Below, piece by piece: positions 1-12,635 of a stretch of 64,000 bases of DNA. Both the position numbers and the translations under genes were made by a program. The stretch is from Chiloscyllium plagiosum (taxonomy: Eukaryota): the NCBI RefSeq assembly GCF_004010195.1, contig NC_057749.1, forward strand, positions 9,512,646-9,576,645. Reading direction: 5' to 3'. The notes under the pieces were generated by a model that was given only the letters and a program-made list of their open reading frames with translations, ran no database searches and had not been told where the DNA came from. Each line of letters starts with the position of its first letter. The first letter of the stretch is position 1.

Positions 1-487
1 CAGCACCAGCTGTTCTAAGAATCCATCTCGGAGACACTCCACAAAGTCTTTCTTGAGGTCCAATACCATCCTGATTTTCCCAGTCTACCTGCATGTTGAA
101 ATCCCCCATAACAACTGTAGTAACATCTTTGCGACAGGCCAATTTCTGCTCCTTATTCAACTTACACCTTACATCCAGACTACTGTTTGGGGGCCTGTTG
201 ATAACTCCCAAGAGGGTCTTTCTACCCTTAGAATTTCTCAGCTCTATCCATAATGACTCTACATCCCCTGATTCTAGGTCCCCCCGCGCAAGGGACTGAA
301 TATCATCCCTTACCAACAGGGCCACCCTACTCCCTCTGCCCGTCAGTCTGTCCTTACGATAGCACATATAGCCTTGAATATTAATTTCCCAGGCCTGTTC
401 ACTTGAAGCCGCATCTCAGTTATCCCCACAATATCGTAGCTGCCAATTTCCAAAAGAGCCTCAAGCTCATCAATCTTATTTCTAATA
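1..487 (-). mobile_element. CR1-clade LINE, AP-endonuclease fragment
   Basis: Minus-strand peptides IRNKIDELEALLEIGSYDIVGITE and GDFNMQVDWENQ...FVECLRDGFLEQLV. Confidence 0.8.
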
Positions 488-2143
488 CTTCAGTCAGAGG
501 TTGACTGGGATCTTTCAAGCAGTAGAGGCTGCGTAGGACAATACAGCCACCTGGAAGTGGCCTCTTGGTTTCAGGGGTATCAGCTGCTTTCTGGCCCTCC
601 CTACCAACTCAGGGTTGAAGCATCTCTAGGCTGTTCTTTAAGGGAGTTCCTCCACCTCGCTCCATCCTCCCTGTTGCCTGCTTTTAGTGGTGACCCGGGT
701 GCAAAGACCTTTCATAACTTCCAATTTGATAAAGTTGGAGAGAAGCCCCATTATGGGGTTTCACTTTCTTCATTTAACTGTCCAGCACCTTTTCTAAGAC
801 AAAAACTGGCTGGTTCAGTATTTACTGTCCATCCCCAACTGCCCCTTGAGAAGGTGGTGGCAGTCCGTGTGGCCTAGATCCATCTATAGTGCAGTTTGGA
901 GGGGAATTCCAGGATTTTGACCCAGCAACTTTGAAGGAACACCATTCAAGTCAGGATGGTGAGTCATTTGGAGGGGAACCTATAGATAGTAACATTCTCG
1001 TGTACCAGCTGCCCTTGTCCTAGATGGTCATGTATGCAGGTTTGGAATGCACTGTCGAAGGAGCCAGGATGAATTGTTGTAAAGCATTTCAGTGACACTG
1101 ACTCTGAATTGGTGCTGAAGGGAGTCAATATGAAGGAGTTGGTTGTGGTGTCCATCAAGCAAGCTTGTCCTGGAAGATTTCAAGCTTCTTCAGATATTGC
1201 TGGATCTTCATCCATCCAGTGGAGACTATTCCATCACACTCCTGACTTGTACCTGGAAGATGTTGGACAGGCACTGGAGAGTCAGGAAGTGAGTTATTCA
1301 CCACACAGTTCCATGTATCTGGCCTCCTCTCCTGGCCATTATATTTATACGGCTCACTTTCTAATCAATGGTACCACCCCCATGGTGTTGATGATGGGGA
1401 ATTCAGTGATGGTGATACCATTGAATGTCAAGGGCAGATGGTCAGATTCTGTCTCATTGGACATCGTCATTTCCTGGCACTTGTGTAGTGCAAATATTAC
1501 TTGCCACTTATCAGCCCAAGCCCCACTTTGGGAAGCCCTGATGTAGACCTTCTGAGAGAACAAGAATACCCACATGTGTCCCACATAAGCAATAAACATC
1601 CACAATGCCTCCACTGTTATTAGACTGCTGAATGGACCTCTCTAACTTCAAATAATGTTGATCTTGCTTTGTATACCTTCGTGCAACCTTGTATGCCTTG
1701 CCCTGGTCAAAGCACCCTATGATTTATATGTCCTTATTTGCTATGATCTTGCCTATACTGCTCACAAAGCAAAGCTTTTCACTGTATTTAGGTACATGTG
1801 ATTACCATAAATCAAATCAAACCATTAAACACTGCACATACAATGCAGAAAGCTGAATGAACTGTCTAATATTTAAATGTAGAGGAGCAGATGCATTAGA
1901 CAAGAATTAATCTCCACGTGGTGGAGAATTCTCCTCGAATGCATCTGCCGTTTTGAGCCTTTAGTATCTTGCATCAATGTCCTCTTTATTCCACTTCCTT
2001 CTTGCCTTTATGCCTTCCAATACCTCCACTTCTGCCCCCAACACCCTTGTTGTTCTTTTCCATGTTGAAAACCTGCTCATTCTTTATTTATATCCCTCCA
2101 GTTTTTCTAAACTACATTTGTAGTTATTGTGTCTATTCTCTGT

Positions 2144-2300
2144 AATGGGGAAGTGAGGACTGCAAATGCTGGAGATCAGAGTCGAGAGTGTGGTGCTGTA
2201 AAAGCACAGCAGGTCAGGCAGCACCCAAAGTGCAGGAGATTCTCCTGTTCTTCAGATGCCACCTGACCTGCTGTGCTTTTCCAACACTACACTATCGACA
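2144..2300. mobile_element. Palindromic PLE-tail element without a hammerhead core
   Basis: Arms aaaagcacagcaggtcagg and cctgacctgctgtgctttt. 11-bp TSD ctattctctgt at 2133-2143 and 2301-2311. Confidence 0.75.
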
Positions 2301-3571
2301 CTATTCTCTGTTGTGCCTTTTCTGCATTGTTTGTTCCTTATTTCACATTTACAGTGTTTGCAGGGTTTTTTTTAGCAATTAAATTAAAAGAAACAAAAAG
2401 AATGGGAGGAGATTCTGGAAGTGCAAGCATCAGTTGAGCAATTATGATCAACATTCTCCGGAATTAAACGTACAATCAAACTTGCTCAAGTGCATTTAGG
2501 ATGAATTAAGTCTTCAGCCTCATTTTGCTTCTGGTCCTCCTGACATAGTGTGTTCTGTATGTTTCCGTCCAGCTCAGTCGAATGATCCTGTTGCTCTGTT
2601 CTATCTTTAGTCTTGTGACCTCATCTTCACTCTCACACGGCAAAATGAGAATGTTCCTCACAACCCTGAAACTAAGTAAAATCTGAGTCATTCTGATAAT
2701 TATGCTGTGTACTGTTGAAAGTGGACAAAAAAAAGAGCGTTCATTGCATTTCTCCTTCTTGTCAATGGCGTCAATGTTAATAAGACAGCAACAATCATCT
2801 GTCATAAATGTACTTAAACTGAAGTTTGGGACTCATTCAGTTCAGTTTTTGAACAGGTTCCCAAAAGATTTCCTTCAAACGTCCGTGTGTTCAAAGTTCG
2901 TTCATTTCTCAACGTGCTGTTCATTGGTAACCTAGGGATGAATGATGGTCTATTTCTTGAAGGGCACACCATGCTGAAAATGTCTAAATCAATCCTCAAG
3001 ATCAGGTACAAGTTGCTTGCTGCTCGAGAAGTTATCAGATTGTCAAATCTGTGAAACGTTTTGGCTCCAGGTTAATCTGCAATTTCTTTCACCTGTAGCA
3101 ATTAACCTGCGATTGACCTCCACATGAAATGAATGCCTTCCTCTGTTTGCACTTTTAACATGCAGACATTCTATGGTATATAATTAATGCTTTCTGATCT
3201 TCTATGTAGATAGATATAAAAACATAACGTCAGAACTGGGAACAGGAGTAGGCCATTCAGCCCCTCGAGCCTGCTTTGCCATTCAATATGATCATGGCAT
3301 GATCTCATCTCTGTCTCAACTCCACTTTCCTGCCCACTCTTTATAACTCTTTAACCTGTTACTAATTAAAAATCTATCTCCTCCTTATGTTTACTTAATG
3401 AGCTGGGATCCACCACACTCTGGAGCAGTGAATTCCACAGAGAGAAGTAATTTCCACTCATCTGCTTTAATTCTGCCATTGCTTAACCTAAAACAATGAC
3501 TTCTCATTCTAGAGGTCTATAATAGGTTCAAAAACTAATATTTCCCCGCGCACTCAAGCTATCTTTCTTAC

Positions 3572-3607
3572 TGGTAGTCCGCGTGGTCCGGGATGACCTC
3601 TTTCACC
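3572..3607 (-). CDS. CCBE1: CCBE1-family exon 10 equivalent (36 nt): GERGHPGPRGLP
   Basis: tgatcttttccag|GGT GAA AGA GGT CAT CCC GGA CCA CGC GGA CTA CCA|gtaaga. Comparable to human GERGAPGPRGSP. Phase 0-0. Confidence 0.93.
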
Positions 3608-3868
3608 CTGGAAAAGATCAGTAAAGATTCACAAATTAGTTGTTGGTTTTTGGACCAGAAGCATGACAAAGACAATACCTCCCTCTATTCCACTCACCAG
3701 GATTGGCAACATGTCCTCTGTGCAAGGTTAGGATTGAATCTGTTTGGATGAACATCCTCTTGAAGACAATGCATATGGTCAAATAACAAAGTAAACACAT
3801 TTGTAGAGAGCTGGCAAATATGTTTTATGCAAAGGAGTCATGATTGATAGTTGTAGTTGTCAAATTAT

Positions 3869-4165
3869 AGAATCCCTACTGTGTGGAGGCAGGCCATTTG
3901 GCCCATTGAGTCCATACCAACCCTTTCAAGAGCATCTTCTCCAGATCAACTCCCCTACTCTTTCGCTATAAGCATGTATTTCCCATGACCAATCCACCTA
4001 GCCATCTTTGGACTGTGGGAGGAAACCGGAGCACCCAGAGGAAACCCACACAAACACAGGGAGAATATGTAAACTCCACACAACTACACAGTTGCCCAAG
4101 GAGGTAGAATCGAATCCAGGTCCCGAGCACTGTGAGGCAGCAGCGCTAACCACTGAGCCACTATG
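3869..4165 (-). mobile_element. HE1-type tRNA-derived V-SINE
   Basis: Reverse complement of tggctcagtggttagc..ctgctgcctcacag, central tgtggagttt..attctccc, CR1-like tail. Confidence 0.85.
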
Positions 4166-4211
4166 TTGAGAACTTATTTAGAAAATAAAGGAGTGAAAGG
4201 AGTAAAGGGGG

Positions 4212-4530
4212 GGGTGGCATGGTGGCTCAGTGGTTAGCACTGCTGCCTCACAGCACCAGGGTCCCAGGTTCAATTCCAGCCTCGGAAGACTGTTTGTATA
4301 GAGTTTGCACATTCTCCCCGTGACTGTATGAGTTTCGTCCCGGTGCTCCAGTTTCCTCCCACAGTCCAAAGATGTGCAGGTCAGGTGAATTGGACACGCT
4401 AAATTGCCCATTGTGCTAGGTGCATTAGTCAGAGGGAGATGGATCTGGGTGGGTTACTCTTCGGAGGATCAGTGTGGACTGGTTGGGTCGAAGGGCCTGT
4501 TTCCACACTGTAGGGAATCTAATCTAATCA
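4212..4530 (+). mobile_element. HE1-type V-SINE, full length
   Basis: A box tggctcagtgg, B box ggttcaattcc, V-domain ggtgctccagtttcctcccacagtccaaagatgtgcagg, tail gggcctgtttccacactgtag(aatct)n. Confidence 0.9.
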
Positions 4531-4861
4531 TTCCTATTGGAATATAGCAGTGATGTTCAGTAAACATCTTAATTAGATATTGATAGATCTACTCCACAAC
4601 TAAAATCAATCCAATAAATAAATGAACCGTTCAGTAGGATGGCTGTTTTTATAATGGACAAGTTGCATTTTACAGCTTTGTGTGTACTAAGTCATAGTGA
4701 ACTGCTGTCTGTTTTTGTCCATTACAAATAAACTGAAAAGGTGTTTTCCCTGCCCTTGCATCACATATATTTGACCAGGCAGCAGAAATAGTCTGGGCAC
4801 AGTTGCAATGGTCAGTTGCTGAACTTCGATATTTTGCAGGGGACATCTCAAGCATCATCAG

Positions 4862-5251
4862 TACACAGCATCAATGTGGACTTCAACAGTTTCCTCATTT
4901 CCCCTTCCCCCACCTCACCCCAGTTCCAAACTTCCAGCTCAGCACTGTCCCCATGACTTGTCCTACCTGCCTATCTTCTTTTCCACCTATCCCACTCTAC
5001 CCTCCTCCCCGACCTATCACCTTCATCCCCTCCCCCACTCACCTATTGTACTCCATGCTACTTTCTCCCCATCCCTACCCTCATCTCACTTATCTCTCCA
5101 CCCTTCAGGCTCTCTGCCTGTATTCCTGATGAAGGGCTTTTGCCCGAAACGTCGATTTTACTGCTCCTCGGATGCTGCCTGAACTGCTGTGCTCTTCCAG
5201 CACCACTAATCCAGAATCTGGTTTCCAGCATCTGCAGTCATTGTTTTTACC
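4862..5251 (+). mobile_element. PLE 3' fragment: ORF end HSINVDFNSF, pyrimidine-rich UTR, hammerhead core at 5122-5157, tail
   Basis: attc CTGATGA a gggc tttt gccc GAAAC GTC gatt. 7-bp TSD tcatcag at 4855-4861 and 5252-5258. Confidence 0.8.
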
Positions 5252-6169
5252 TCATCAGGACACAGGACAGGGAAGACTACACACCAACCTAATTCACATG
5301 GTAGCATCCTGGCCTCTGATTCAATGGGTTCAGCTGAGTCAACCTCTACTGTCAGACTTGGAGCACACAATCCTGACCATGTCTTGTAATTGGGCAACAC
5401 AGTGGCAAATGGAATTTACATCCAGATGAGTGCAGATTGTTGCATATTAGAAGGTAAGACCTGCATCTTGTCGGGGAATGGCATAGATGTAGGGCATTGG
5501 GAGGGGCAACCGACACCAAGCAGCAAACAATCAAGATGACTTGAAGCTGAATTACGTCACTAAAACAGAAATCAGAAGAGGCCACACACAAACTGTCTCA
5601 GTGAGCAAATTCTAGCCTCGACTCCATAATGAGACAGAAACCCATGAGTTCAAAATCCACTCCTGAATTTGAAGGCTGACTCCTCAGAGGGTATGACACT
5701 GCCCTCATCCCTTTGGGTAAAACTTAGTACATCACAGGCAAATATAAAAGCGACTCCTTGAAACAGGGCAGTGAGTTTATCCTGGTTTGGTCGCCACCAT
5801 TTCTTCCTTGGCCATGAATGCCCTTGACCTCATTTGGGAGCGGTTGCATTTCACTGTGTACTAATTGAATGCTGCGTGGGTTAATTATATGGAGGGCCAG
5901 TTGTCTCTTCTGCGTTTACTGGTTCATGCCCAACTCAAACTATGCCTTACTGCTAACATTCTTATTTTGGCTTCACTTACTTTCCTCATCCCTTTGGCTT
6001 GCTAGCCTGCAGCACTGTACTTTTGGTGGCACACGGTGTTCCCATCACTACCCAACTTTCCCCAGTAACTCATCAATGTGTGAGCTAAGCAGGATCTGCT
6101 AAATGGCTATCAAACTGAGAAATGTCACAATAGGCTTGATTTCATCCACAAATGGAAAATTTTCAAAGA

Positions 6170-7590
6170 CAGTAAGAACAGTGCAGCACAGGAACAGGCT
6201 CTTTAGCCCATCAAGACTACACTGACATATGATGCCTTTCTAAACTAAAAACCTTTTCTGTCTAAACCTATGTTCCCTTGTAGTTGACATTTCTACCCTG
6301 GGAGAAAGGACTCCAAAGATCCATTCTAACTGTGCCACTCATAATTTTGTAAACTCCTATCAGGTCTACCACCTCATCCTTAGATGTTCAAGTGAAAACA
6401 AACCAAGTTTGCCCAAACTCTCATAGCTAATACCCTCCAAACCAGGCAACATCCTGGTAAACTGTTTCTGTGCACAACATTCTAAATGTTCCCTAACTTA
6501 AAGTTCTACCCAGCTGCAACATAACATGCCAATTTTTATACTCTATGATTCAACCAATGAAGGCAAGCAATGTTATATGCCTTCTTGACCACCTTATCCA
6601 CTTGTGTTGCCACTTTCAGGGAGCTGTGGACTTGTGGAAATGTATGTTGATGCTACTAAGTGGTTCTGCCATTTACCGTATGCTTCCCCACTTCATTAGA
6701 TCTTCCAAAATGCATCACCTCGCACTTGTCCGGATTAAACTCCATCTGCAATCCTCTTCACTATGAACAGCTCTCCCATTCTTTGTGTCATTTGCAAATT
6801 TACTAATCAGGTTACCTACATTCTCCTCCAGATCATTGATATATATTCCAAACAACAGGGACCCCCGCACTGGTCCCTGCAGAACATGACTGGTCATACA
6901 TCTCCAGTCAGAAAAACACTCTTCTACCTTTACCCTCGGTCTTCAGTGACTAATCCAGTTCTGTTTCCATCTTACAGCTGAGCAAAGATCCCATGTGACT
7001 GTACCTTTCATATCAGCCTGCCATGAGGGATCTTGTCAAAGGCAAGGCTAAGGTCCATATAGACAGCATCCACTGTCCTGCCCTCATCACTCATCTTTGT
7101 TACTTCCTCAAAAAAACTCAAGTTTATGAGATACGACCTTCCCCACACAAAGTTGTGCTAGCAATTACTAATAAGTCCATATTTTGCTAAATGTGTATAA
7201 ATCCTATCCCTAAGAATCTTCTCCAATAATTTCTCTACCATTGATGTAAGGCTCACCAGCCTGTAATTTCTCACTTATCTCTTGTTGCCCTTCTTAAACA
7301 AAGGAACATCGTTGACTATTCTCCAGTTCTCTGGGACCCCTCCTGTGACAAAGGACGATATAGGGATTTCATACAAGGGACCAGCAATTTCCTCACCTGC
7401 TGCCCTCAGCATTCTGGGATCGATCCCATCAGGTCCTGGGGACTTGTCTACCTAACTACTTTTCAAAACAGCCAACATTTCCTCCTTTTTTATATTGACA
7501 TACCCTTGAATATCAAAATACCCTTCTCAAGACTCATCATCCATCATGTCCTTCTCCTTTGTGAATTCCAATGTAAAATATTCATTAAGG
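6170..7590 (-). mobile_element. Decayed CR1 (HER1-like) LINE RT and 3' end
   Basis: ORF-track peptide LLFGIYINDLEENVGNLISKFANDTK plus CR1 3' features. Confidence 0.8.
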
Positions 7591-7999
7591 ACTTCCGTGA
7601 TGAGGAGGGAAAGCCCTGGCTGAGTGCAGCTACTGTAACACTAGTGGAAGTCAGCAAAAAATCAGCACTAGGCCTTGAGGTTTCCCTATTCCGTACATCT
7701 CAGTATTTAACTGGTTTGTTTTTAAATACCAAATAATGCTGATTGGTGAAATGAAGAGAGAAGTGACTCATGTAGAACATGAACACCAGTATAGAACAGT
7801 TGGGTCAAATGGCCCGTATCTGTGCTGGAAATTCTGTGTAATTCAACTTTTAAACCAATGAGGATCACATTCATTTTCTCAGGAACATTCTAGTCATACA
7901 ACCTTTGGTGTATGGACTGAAGCATGTCACAAATGAGGAAACTGGCTTCATAACAATAATATGTATTGTTTTGCAAAAATGATCCAGACAAAACGGTAC

Positions 8000-8035
8000 C
8001 TTCAATCCATTCTTTCCTGGTGTTCCAGGTGCGCC
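8000..8035 (-). CDS. CCBE1: CCBE1-family exon 9 equivalent (36 nt): GAPGTPGKNGLK
   Basis: ttatatttctag|GGC GCA CCT GGA ACA CCA GGA AAG AAT GGA TTG AAG|gtacc. Four Gly-X-Y triplets, comparable to human GPPGAPGRDGSK. Phase 0-0. Confidence 0.92.
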
Positions 8036-9313
8036 CTAGAAATATAACAGATAGTTTTAGTCTGCAAAATATTCAGTATTGCTGAAACGAGAGACGTTGT
8101 CAAAGTACTTATCAGGACAAATGCAAGAATGCCAGATTTAAAACTGTCACAATTAAAAGTGAAAGGGTACTGGGCACTGATAGTTTGGCAAGTCGACTCT
8201 CACTGTCATGGAGAAAGCAATGGGAATTTCTCGTCTCTCCAAACTCTTGGTTAATTTGAAGGTGGCGAAAGACTTGTACATTATCCTTTTTAGAGGTCAG
8301 GGTGCATGAGTGCCGTCTGAGAGCTGATAATAGAATGGTGAGTATCTGTTGGTCATGGAGACATGGGGCCTTTTGTCAACTCAACTGCCCCACACAAGTC
8401 CAGTGAAATCAACCAGTGACCAGTGACTTTTCATGGAACATGCCCTGAAAAGAGACACATTTTAAATCTACATTAGTGTAGCTTCCTTGCCCAAATTGTT
8501 TCTCTGTTGTTCCCAGAACATGTAAGGCTGATACTCAACAAGCAGCCCTTCACTCTCAGTTGCCCTGCCCTACACCCCTACCCCCCACCCCCTATGAACT
8601 CTGATCCCCACCCCACTTTCAACATCAGAACAAATTATGGTCAAGCCCAGAACAACAGGAAGACATTCTCATAAGGTGACTTTTCACTGGGTTGTAGCTG
8701 TTTTACACTCTTGTCTCTCTGAGTTGTGGGTTTGTGGCTTTGAGTAGCTCCCCCCTCATTGTACTCCAGACTTGATGCTGTGTGTGAGCACTACCTGCTT
8801 GGAAGGTATGGTTTATTTTGTGAGATAGAAATAAAAGTCTCATTTACCCTTCTAAGTGGTTTGAAAGATCCACAGAAATATTTCAAAGGAGAACAGGAGA
8901 GATTTCCCCTAATATTTATCACTCAAGCAACACCTTAAAACATTCTCACATTGGTGCTGAGAATGTGTTGTGGACACATCGACTGACCTCATGCTCAGAT
9001 TACAAAATATAAAATACTTAATTAGATGTGAAGTGCTTCGGATATCTAGACATCACAAAAGGTGCAACATACCTTGTTATAATGGCAGTCAGAAGTCCAA
9101 AGTACTTCTGACATTTTTAATTCATAATTCCAAACTGTACTTTTTGAAAAAGGATTGCTACAGCTAAAACTGGCTGTGGATGTAAATCAAGAGAGAGGGA
9201 GGGGGGAGAGAGACACTCACGGGATGTAACACTTAAACATGTCAAAGAAACTTTAAACAGTCTGCAACTGTTGTGAATTGGGGAAATTCATAGAATAGAA
9301 GATGTGTTTCCAA

Positions 9314-9630
9314 AGAATCCCTACAGTATGGAAGCAAGCCATTTGACCCATCAAGTCCACAATGACCGTCCAAAGAGCATCCCACTCTCCTTACTCATAA
9401 ATCTGCATTTGTAATGGCTAATCCAACTAGCCTGCACATCCCTGGACATTATGGATAATTTAGCATGGCTAATCCATATAACCTGCACATCTTTGGACTG
9501 TACGAGGGAACCAGAGCACCCGGGGGGACCCACAGGGAGAATGTACAAACTCCATACAGATTGTCACCCGAGGGTGGAATCAAACTCAAGTCCCTAGTGC
9601 TGTCAGGCAGCAGCACTAACCACTGAGCCA
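9314..9630 (-). mobile_element. HE1-type V-SINE
   Basis: Same motifs on the minus strand. Confidence 0.85.
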
Positions 9631-10589
9631 CTAGATCCTGGGGTCTAGTCCTAACCAAATGCAAGTCCTTCTGTGCTTCTATGCAACATCTGTCTGATCA
9701 CCAGCAACACCAAGTTATTTCATCTCATTATGTCTTTAAGAAGTGTTACAAAAGTTAGCTTTCATGCAAGACTGATACATGACTTGACATGTCTGATAGA
9801 AAACTACATTAATAAACAGATGCAGATATATGTCCAATAATTACATTGCATAATGTAATGCATGAACACTTGCCTAAAAGTACATTGTATCAAATCGTCT
9901 GGCACCGAAACAGGCCATTCAGCCCAAATGTTTGATGTAATGTTCTTGCTCCACACACACCTTCTGTCCTACTTTGTCAAACCCTATCAAACATTTCAGT
10001 CTCCATCATGTCCTTATCTTGTTTCTTCTAATGCATCTTTGCTATTCACCTCAATCACTCTCATGCTTTCTGCATTCCAACAGTGTTCTGGGTAAGGAAG
10101 TGTCTCCTAAATTCCCTAATCAATTACTGGCTATTAAATGTTTGTAAGCTTTAGCTTTAGTCTCTTCAACAGTGAAAACACTTGCTGCCCATTCACCTGG
10201 CTCAAACCCCTTCATCATTAGGTCATCCTTTAACCTTTTCTTTTTTTAAATCCATTCCCGGGATGTGGGCATCGCTGGTTGGCCAAGCATTTATGATGCA
10301 TCCCAAATTGCACTTGAGAAGGTGGTGGTGAGCGGCCATCTTTAATCATTGCAGTGCCTAGAATGTAGGTACACCCAGAGTGTGGTTAGGAAGGGAGTTC
10401 CAGGATTTTGATCCACCAAGGATAGTAACCTCGGTAAAATGCCTCTAACAGTCAGTCAGAATAAGAGGGTCTCTGGTCAGCCAGAACCATGTGGTACCTG
10501 CAGCAGTACAGCCTCTCTGTGTTAAAAGGCTGCATGTACAGGTTCTTGCCATGAGCAAGGAACATCCTCATTCTGAGGGACTACCACCT

Positions 10590-10590
10590 C

Positions 10591-10625
<35 letters not shown>

Positions 10626-10860
10626 CAGTCTCACACACAGACACACACAGACATACATACACTCAAACAGACAGATACACATACATACACTCACAGAGAC
10701 ATAGACACGCACACTCAGAGACACACAGACAGACATATATGCACTCACATAAACACACACACAGACAGTCACACACACAGAAACACACACAAAGACACAT
10801 ACACAGACACACGCACATGCACACACACAGAAACACACAGATACACACACACAAGACACA
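10590..10860. repeat. Compound microsatellite, (TCTG)n plus degenerate (CA)n, abutting the exon 8 donor
   Basis: Directly visible. Confidence 0.95.
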
Positions 10861-10867
10861 TATTTAC

Positions 10868-11016
10868 CACTGGACCTCGCCTTCCCCTCTTGAAGTGGGA
10901 TAGATCAGGGATGGGACCCATGGGGCCCATGTCACCTCTGGGTCCACGTGCACCAGATGGTCCTGGAGGTCCCATCAGTCCAATGCTGCCTTTTGGGCCT
11001 GGATTTCCTGGTGGAC
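10868..11016 (-). CDS. CCBE1: CCBE1-family exon 8 equivalent (149 nt), collagen repeat: [50 protein letters not shown]
   Basis: Acceptor ttttctcattcaag, donor gtaaat. MGPMGP.PDLSH.K.GRRGPV matches CCBE1. Phase 1-0. Confidence 0.96.
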
Positions 11017-11468
11017 CTTGAATGAGAAAAAGTGGTGCAATGTTTACTGAACAAATAGTAAAAGTTTATTAATCACACTTGTTTATAGATAGTACCTTGA
11101 ATGCAATAAATCATCTGAGGCATTTCACAGTTTTGGTTGTGCTTAGCGCCTGAATGGCCAATTGTGAAATGATTAAAATCTGAGACACGCAAGAGGCTGG
11201 AATTGATCTTGGAGGATTGTTGGGCTGGAGATATTTACAGAGATGGGGGTGAGCTGACACCATGGAGATGTTTGAAAATAAGAATGAGATTTTTTAAATT
11301 AGTATGGTGATGGATTCGATTCCAGTGGAGGTCAGGGAATACAGGGTAATGAGGGAACAGGACTTCCTGTGTAGCAGAGATTTGGATGAGTCCACGTTGA
11401 TGGAGATTGGAATTTGGGGAAGCCACAGCAACAGCATTGATATAGTTAAGAGTGAAAAGAGCAAAGGT

Positions 11469-11549
11469 GCAGAAGGGGAGGGGTCTGTAGGAGCAGATGG
11501 GGAGGGGTCTGTAGGAGCAGAAGGGGAGGGGTCTGTAGGAGCAGATGGG
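11469..11549 (+). repeat. Minisatellite, about 3.4 x 24 bp, G-rich
   Basis: Unit gcaga(a/t)ggggaggggtctgtagga. Confidence 0.92.
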
Positions 11550-12089
11550 CTGAGCTAAGGGCAGAAATGACACTGTTACAGAAATGGAAGCAGGCAGTTT
11601 TGGTGACAGAGTGAATATGGAGTAGGAAACTTAACTCGGGTTCAAGGTTGTAGATGATCTGGTTCAGCCTTGGTCAGTGGAACCAGTGGCTAGGAAGTGG
11701 AGATAATCAGTCAAGTTAATGGTAGTCTCAATCTTTATTAATCTCAAAAGTTCCTTCATGCATACCGTGTTACGTCTAGGCCTAACCTTTCCAGTGTACT
11801 TCTTTCTGATCTGTTACATTCTCTGTCCATAATCTTGAGATCTTCCAGACCCTGTTTGCCTTTGCTTTAATCCAAGTCTTATTCCCACATAACCCGCAGT
11901 TCTCAATGACTGCTAAAATTCTCAAGATTGCTTTGATTTTGCTCCATAGCCTCACCCTTCCATATCCCTGGATTCATCACCACCTCCGTAAACCTCCAAG
12001 AAATCTACACTTCACTGGTTCTGACATTTACTGCATCCCTAACTTTCACTGTTCCACCTTTGGTGTCTGTCCATCCTCTCATTTACGAA

Positions 12090-12635
12090 ATCAGAGAGCT
12101 GTACAGCACGAAAGCAGGTCCTTCCGTTCAACTTGTCCATGCCAAGCAGATATCCTAAATTAATCTAGTCCTGTTTGCCAACATTTGGCTCATATCCCTC
12201 TATTGTAAACCCTTTTCATGTACTCATCCAAATGCCCTTCAAATACTGTAATTGTACCAGCCTCCACCACCACCTCTGGCAGTTCATTCCATACACGCAT
12301 CACCCTCTGTTTGAAAAAGTTACCCCTTATGTCCCTTTTAAATCTTTCCCCTCTCACCTCAAACCTATGCCCTCTAGTTCTGGACTCCCCTAACCTGGGG
12401 AAAAGACCTTGGCTATTCACCCCATTCATGCCCCTCATGATTTTATAAACCTCGATAAGGTCACCCCTCAGCCTCCGACGCTTCAGGGAAAACAGCCCCA
12501 GCCTATTCAGTCTCTCCCTATAGCTCAAACTCTCCAACCCTAGCAACATTCTTTGAAATCTTTTCTGAACACTTTCAAGTTTCACAAAATCTTTCTTATA
12601 GCAGGGAGACCAGAATTGAACACAGTATTCCAAAC
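12090..12635 (-). mobile_element. CR1 (HER1-like) LINE 3' end
   Basis: ORF 12190..12633 EYCVQFWSP...LFSLKRRRLRGDLIEVYKIM...FFKQRVMRVWNELP. Confidence 0.92.

Noticed and set aside
1..3571. Search for the terminal CCBE1 exon (GPPGSFDFLLL...)
   Set aside because: Not found. The GSFD-like match near 2577-2590 is followed immediately by a stop, so the exon is presumably beyond the window edge.
10491..11021. 176-aa plus-strand ORF with Gly/Pro-rich end
   Set aside because: It is the antisense of collagen exon 8 plus a CA microsatellite; splice signals and homology are on the minus strand.
11304..11558. ORF with GAEGEGSV repeats
   Set aside because: Product of a 24-bp minisatellite in decayed repeat sequence, with no splice or homology support.
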